Shown here: positions 61,039 to 64,000 of the stretch, piece after piece
Numbering within the stretch: the first letter of the stretch is position 1
How the letters are laid out: each line of letters opens with the position of its first letter
Origin: Psammoneis japonica
Lineage: Eukaryota
Direction: 5' to 3'
Length of the DNA stretch: 64,000 bases
Assembly: GCA_008632985.1 (NCBI GenBank)
Contig: QPGO01000062.1
Location: 310,001 to 374,000, forward strand
Translations under genes and position numbers: made by a program
Notes under the pieces: generated by a model
Database searches by the model: none
What the model saw: only the letters and a program-made list of their open reading frames with translations
What the model was told of the DNA's origin: nothing

Positions 61039-62860
61039 GCCGCTGGCTGCAGCAGGTTGCAGAGCCAAAAAGTTTGAATTTTTGGCATCTTCAGAATGGG
61101 AAGAGAAAACCAATTTTGTTTGATTTTGTTTGGGTGGAGAGCAAAACATCATGATGCTCTCAACCACCCCCCTTGTGGCTGAGAACATCATGGGTTGATT
61201 GACAGGAACAAACCCCAATCCAGAGTGCCAAGAAAAGAGTTTGGTGTTGTTCAAAAAACAGGGGCAGACAAACAAGCAGCAGCAGAGTGCTGCTGGAAAA
61301 AACAGAGCTGAGTCCAGCAGAGAGTGCACCATGTGTCAGTTTGACTTTTTCCACACACCCACTCCAGAGCTGTTGACTGAACAGTGTTTGGCAGCAGCGC
61401 AGCACTGTCTGTTGAATGGCAAATGGCGGGGACAACAAAAAGTGTGAACACAATCACTGCCATTGGCCTGGTTGCCTTGGATGTCAACTCTCTCTTTGCA
61501 ACACTCTGTTTGCAGTGTCAACATGGCTGAGTGGACCATGACTGTCAAAGCAACAAAGAGTCCCACAAAACACACACACAGGGCTTGCAAGAACATTCAC
61601 CAGCAACATCACAAAGAACCAGCCCCACAAAACGCACACACAGGGCTTGCAAGAACATTCACCAGCAACATCATGAAGAATCAAGTTGCAGTTTCTCATC
61701 ATTGACAGCACAACACCAGCACAGAAAGACAGCTGCTCTCCAACTTCTCTGTCCAAACTGCCATCATTGGGGATGAGCCACAGTTTGATTTGTCAAGATT
61801 TGGTTCTCTCAACATTGTCAACACACAAACAGCAAAGATGCAAACACCAGAGCTGCATTTGATGGTGATGCTGTGCAGCACCAATCTTGAAAACCACAAG
61901 AAACTGGTGCCATCTGTCTCAAGGTGAAAATGGCTCAAATTGGCATTGCTGTGAAGCAAGCATCAACATGCACCATTTCCCAACTCAATCCCTGTTCACA
62001 AGGGCACAATGTGCAGCTAAAGTGATTTGAGTTGCAAGCTCACACAGTGACCTGGGGGCCCACAGTGTCTCTCAACAAAAAAAGGAGGCAGGCACAGCCT
62101 TGCTCCTTTTCACATTTTTTTTCAAGAAACCAAGTTTGCTTGAAAGAGTTGTGGCATGTGGCTGTGCTGCTGGGGGTGTTGAGGTTGTTTTGTGAAGGCA
62201 TTGTCACACCAGGGCTGCTCAAGGCAGCAGCATTTGAGCTTGGAGATGACCTGTCAGCAAAACACTTGGGGGGGGNNNGGGGGGGGGGGGGTGGAAGAAA
62301 ACTTCCAGCTGACTCTGCCACCACACACACAGCACAGGCTTGCAAAAGCATCAACAACAAGGAGCACCATGATGATGAGCTCATGCCATCAGCGCAAAAG
62401 AGCCTCCTGGAGGGCTGCTGCATTTTTGTTTTGGGCACTTTTCTTGAGTGGCTGTTTGGGTGTCATCATGCTGGCTGCTGTTGGCTCATGCACATCTTGT
62501 TTCAGCAGCAGAAAAGAATCATCTGCCATGACACCCTTCAACATGACACAAGCTCACGGGCATGCTGGAATGCTGGGACCTGTCTTTTTTGATGATCTGT
62601 GACATCTGGCAGTTCTCTGGATTGTGAAGCATCCATGATGCTTGCTGCCACACATGATTTGTGCCACACTGCAAAAAACAAAAACAGAAGACCTGTGCAA
62701 AACAAATTTCCCCATCAACTTTGGAGCCTCCCTGGCAATGTTTGCATGCTGGCCAAGGGAGAAATTCAAGGAAGCATGCTGCACTCTTGAAATGAAGCAC
62801 ATGACAGAAATTGAAGGCAAATGGCAAGAATTCAAACAACAACTCCTTGCTGCTGTCTAA
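61039..62860. other. Decayed block depleted of TpA and CpG, with short direct repeats and a G-run containing NN
   Basis: ACACACAGGGCTTGCAAGAACATTCACCAGCAACATCA occurs twice (about 61574 and 61636). Poly-G at 62268-62292. Confidence 0.55.
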
Positions 62861-62861
62861 A

Positions 62862-64000
62862 TGGCAGATGAGTCTCCGCTCAGAGACCGTTGCAGGAGCC
62901 GAAAGACGTGCAAGTCGGCACAATCGGGCTGCTGTTGTCATTCTTGTGAGCCGTGTGGCTCGAAAGCAAACTGCATCGCATGCGAACGCGCAGAACTAAA
63001 GCACACAAAACTGTGCGCGGCAAACTAAACAGCACGCGACATTTCGCGCGCACCTGAATCCTGTTCAAATCCTGTCACTCCCCAGTTTGCTTGAGGAGTC
63101 ACAGAAACAGATTCGACTTCGGATGGAATGAAGTTCCAGAACATGAGGGGGCGGAGAAGGTCCCAGACTTGGGAGCAACCCCAATGCTTGCTGAGAATGT
63201 CAGCAGGGTTGCGGGAGCCTTCGATGAAGTGGAGCTCAAGGCAACCAGAGGCAATTGCCTCGCGCACATGGTGGAATGACAGTGTGGTGTGTCGCTTGTG
63301 TGACTTGGAGTGCGGGATGGTGGCACTGTCTACAACCGACTTGTTGTCACCGAACATGTGACTGATGTCACAGATCGGGACGCCGAGGCAGCGCAGGGTG
63401 ATGCGCAGGTCAACAATCTGCTCGACACAAGTCCTTGCGGCAACAAATTCAGAGCCGCAGGTTGCAGTCTCCATGGTGGCTTGCTTCTTAGAGAACCAAT
63501 CAGCCAGGAATTTGTTGAGGAAGTGGAGCATTCCCATGACAGAGCGTCCGGTGAGCATGCAATGGCACAAGTTTGCATCGACGCAGTGGGTGGCAGCAAC
63601 GAACTTGCCAAGGGGTGGTGGAGCGTCCTTCGGGATCATCTCTTCTGCCTTGCCGCACACGGAATGCATCCATTCACAGGCCGGAGCAGGGAGATCCGAA
63701 CAGTCGGGCTCTTCCGTGCGAACGCAGAGAGCGCCGTGTCGCATCTTGGAGAGGTGCCAACAGATGCGTTTGGCACGATCCAAGTGGCCTTGACGGGGCG
63801 CAGCTCGCCGTTCCTGCGCATCCAAATGTCGGGTTCGGCGCGGCAGGGGAAGAAACCTTCAGCTCGCAGGCAGTCGGTGAAGCGCTCATGCCAGCGGAGG
63901 CCGGAGCTGTGCAGTCCATGCAGGGCCTTGTGGATGACAAGAATGTGGCCTTCGAGTTTGCCAAATTCGGGTCCAGCCATGATGCACAGCTTCTCCTTGG
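62862..64000 (-). mobile_element. Ty1/copia (CoDi-like) retrotransposon 3' end: RT fragment, RNase H, PPT and 3' LTR
   Basis: KALHGLHSSG (KALYGL), AEPDIW, VDAN, WFSKKQAT.ETATCGSEF, FGDNKSV and NPADILSK. PPT GGGGAG followed by TG at 63077. Far end of the LTR is approximate. Confidence 0.92.

Noticed and set aside
55830..61430. Direct repeats at about 55.8-56.3 kb and 61.1-61.4 kb read as LTRs
   Set aside because: They are highly diverged, no retroelement genes lie between them, and the enclosed element has its own TIRs and TSD. They are better explained as an older repeat interrupted by the transposon.
62268..62292. G-run with NN, and the G-run at about 32358-32374, as G-quadruplex elements
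   Set aside because: Homopolymer length is unreliable in this assembly and one run contains a gap.
19200..64000. Classical RIP or CpG deamination as the cause of the skew
   Set aside because: RIP would enrich TpA. CpG decay cannot turn conserved Tyr into Cys or His, and several TA-free elements retain CpG.
22550..64000. Alternative genetic code or foreign insert explaining Tyr-free proteins
   Set aside because: Tyr is replaced by both Cys and His, non-coding TIRs, arrays and splice sites change in the same way, and the same elements have Tyr-intact cores.
1..64000. tRNA or rRNA genes
   Set aside because: None recognised by eye. A covariance-model scan would be needed to exclude them.

Overview
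This is eukaryotic nuclear DNA, almost certainly from a diatom: ASAFAP-type plastid presequences, a UGP/PGM fusion, short GT-AG introns and a CoDi-like copia element. Two gene-dense blocks (1-19.2 kb and 40.6-55.5 kb, plus a one-gene island at 33.7-34.5 kb) alternate with repeat blocks (about 19.2-33.4, 34.8-40.5 and 55.5-64 kb). The repeat blocks hold a Ty3/gypsy element, a Ty1/copia element, a complete PHIS (Harbinger/Pangu-like) DNA transposon, a cargo-carrying element and decayed host-gene copies. The main signal is that these blocks have lost almost every TpA dinucleotide through directional TpA->TpG / TpA->CpA transitions. Conserved Tyr becomes Cys or His, GTAAGT donors become GCAAGT, and loss of TAA/TAG stops produces hundreds of spurious ORFs. 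This looks like a repeat-targeted hypermutation process with the opposite polarity to fungal RIP. It is strongest at element ends, spares element centres and runs ahead of CpG decay. Many ordinary genes carry single-base frameshifts in homopolymers, which are probably assembly errors. All dinucleotide counts were made by eye, and no database searches were run.
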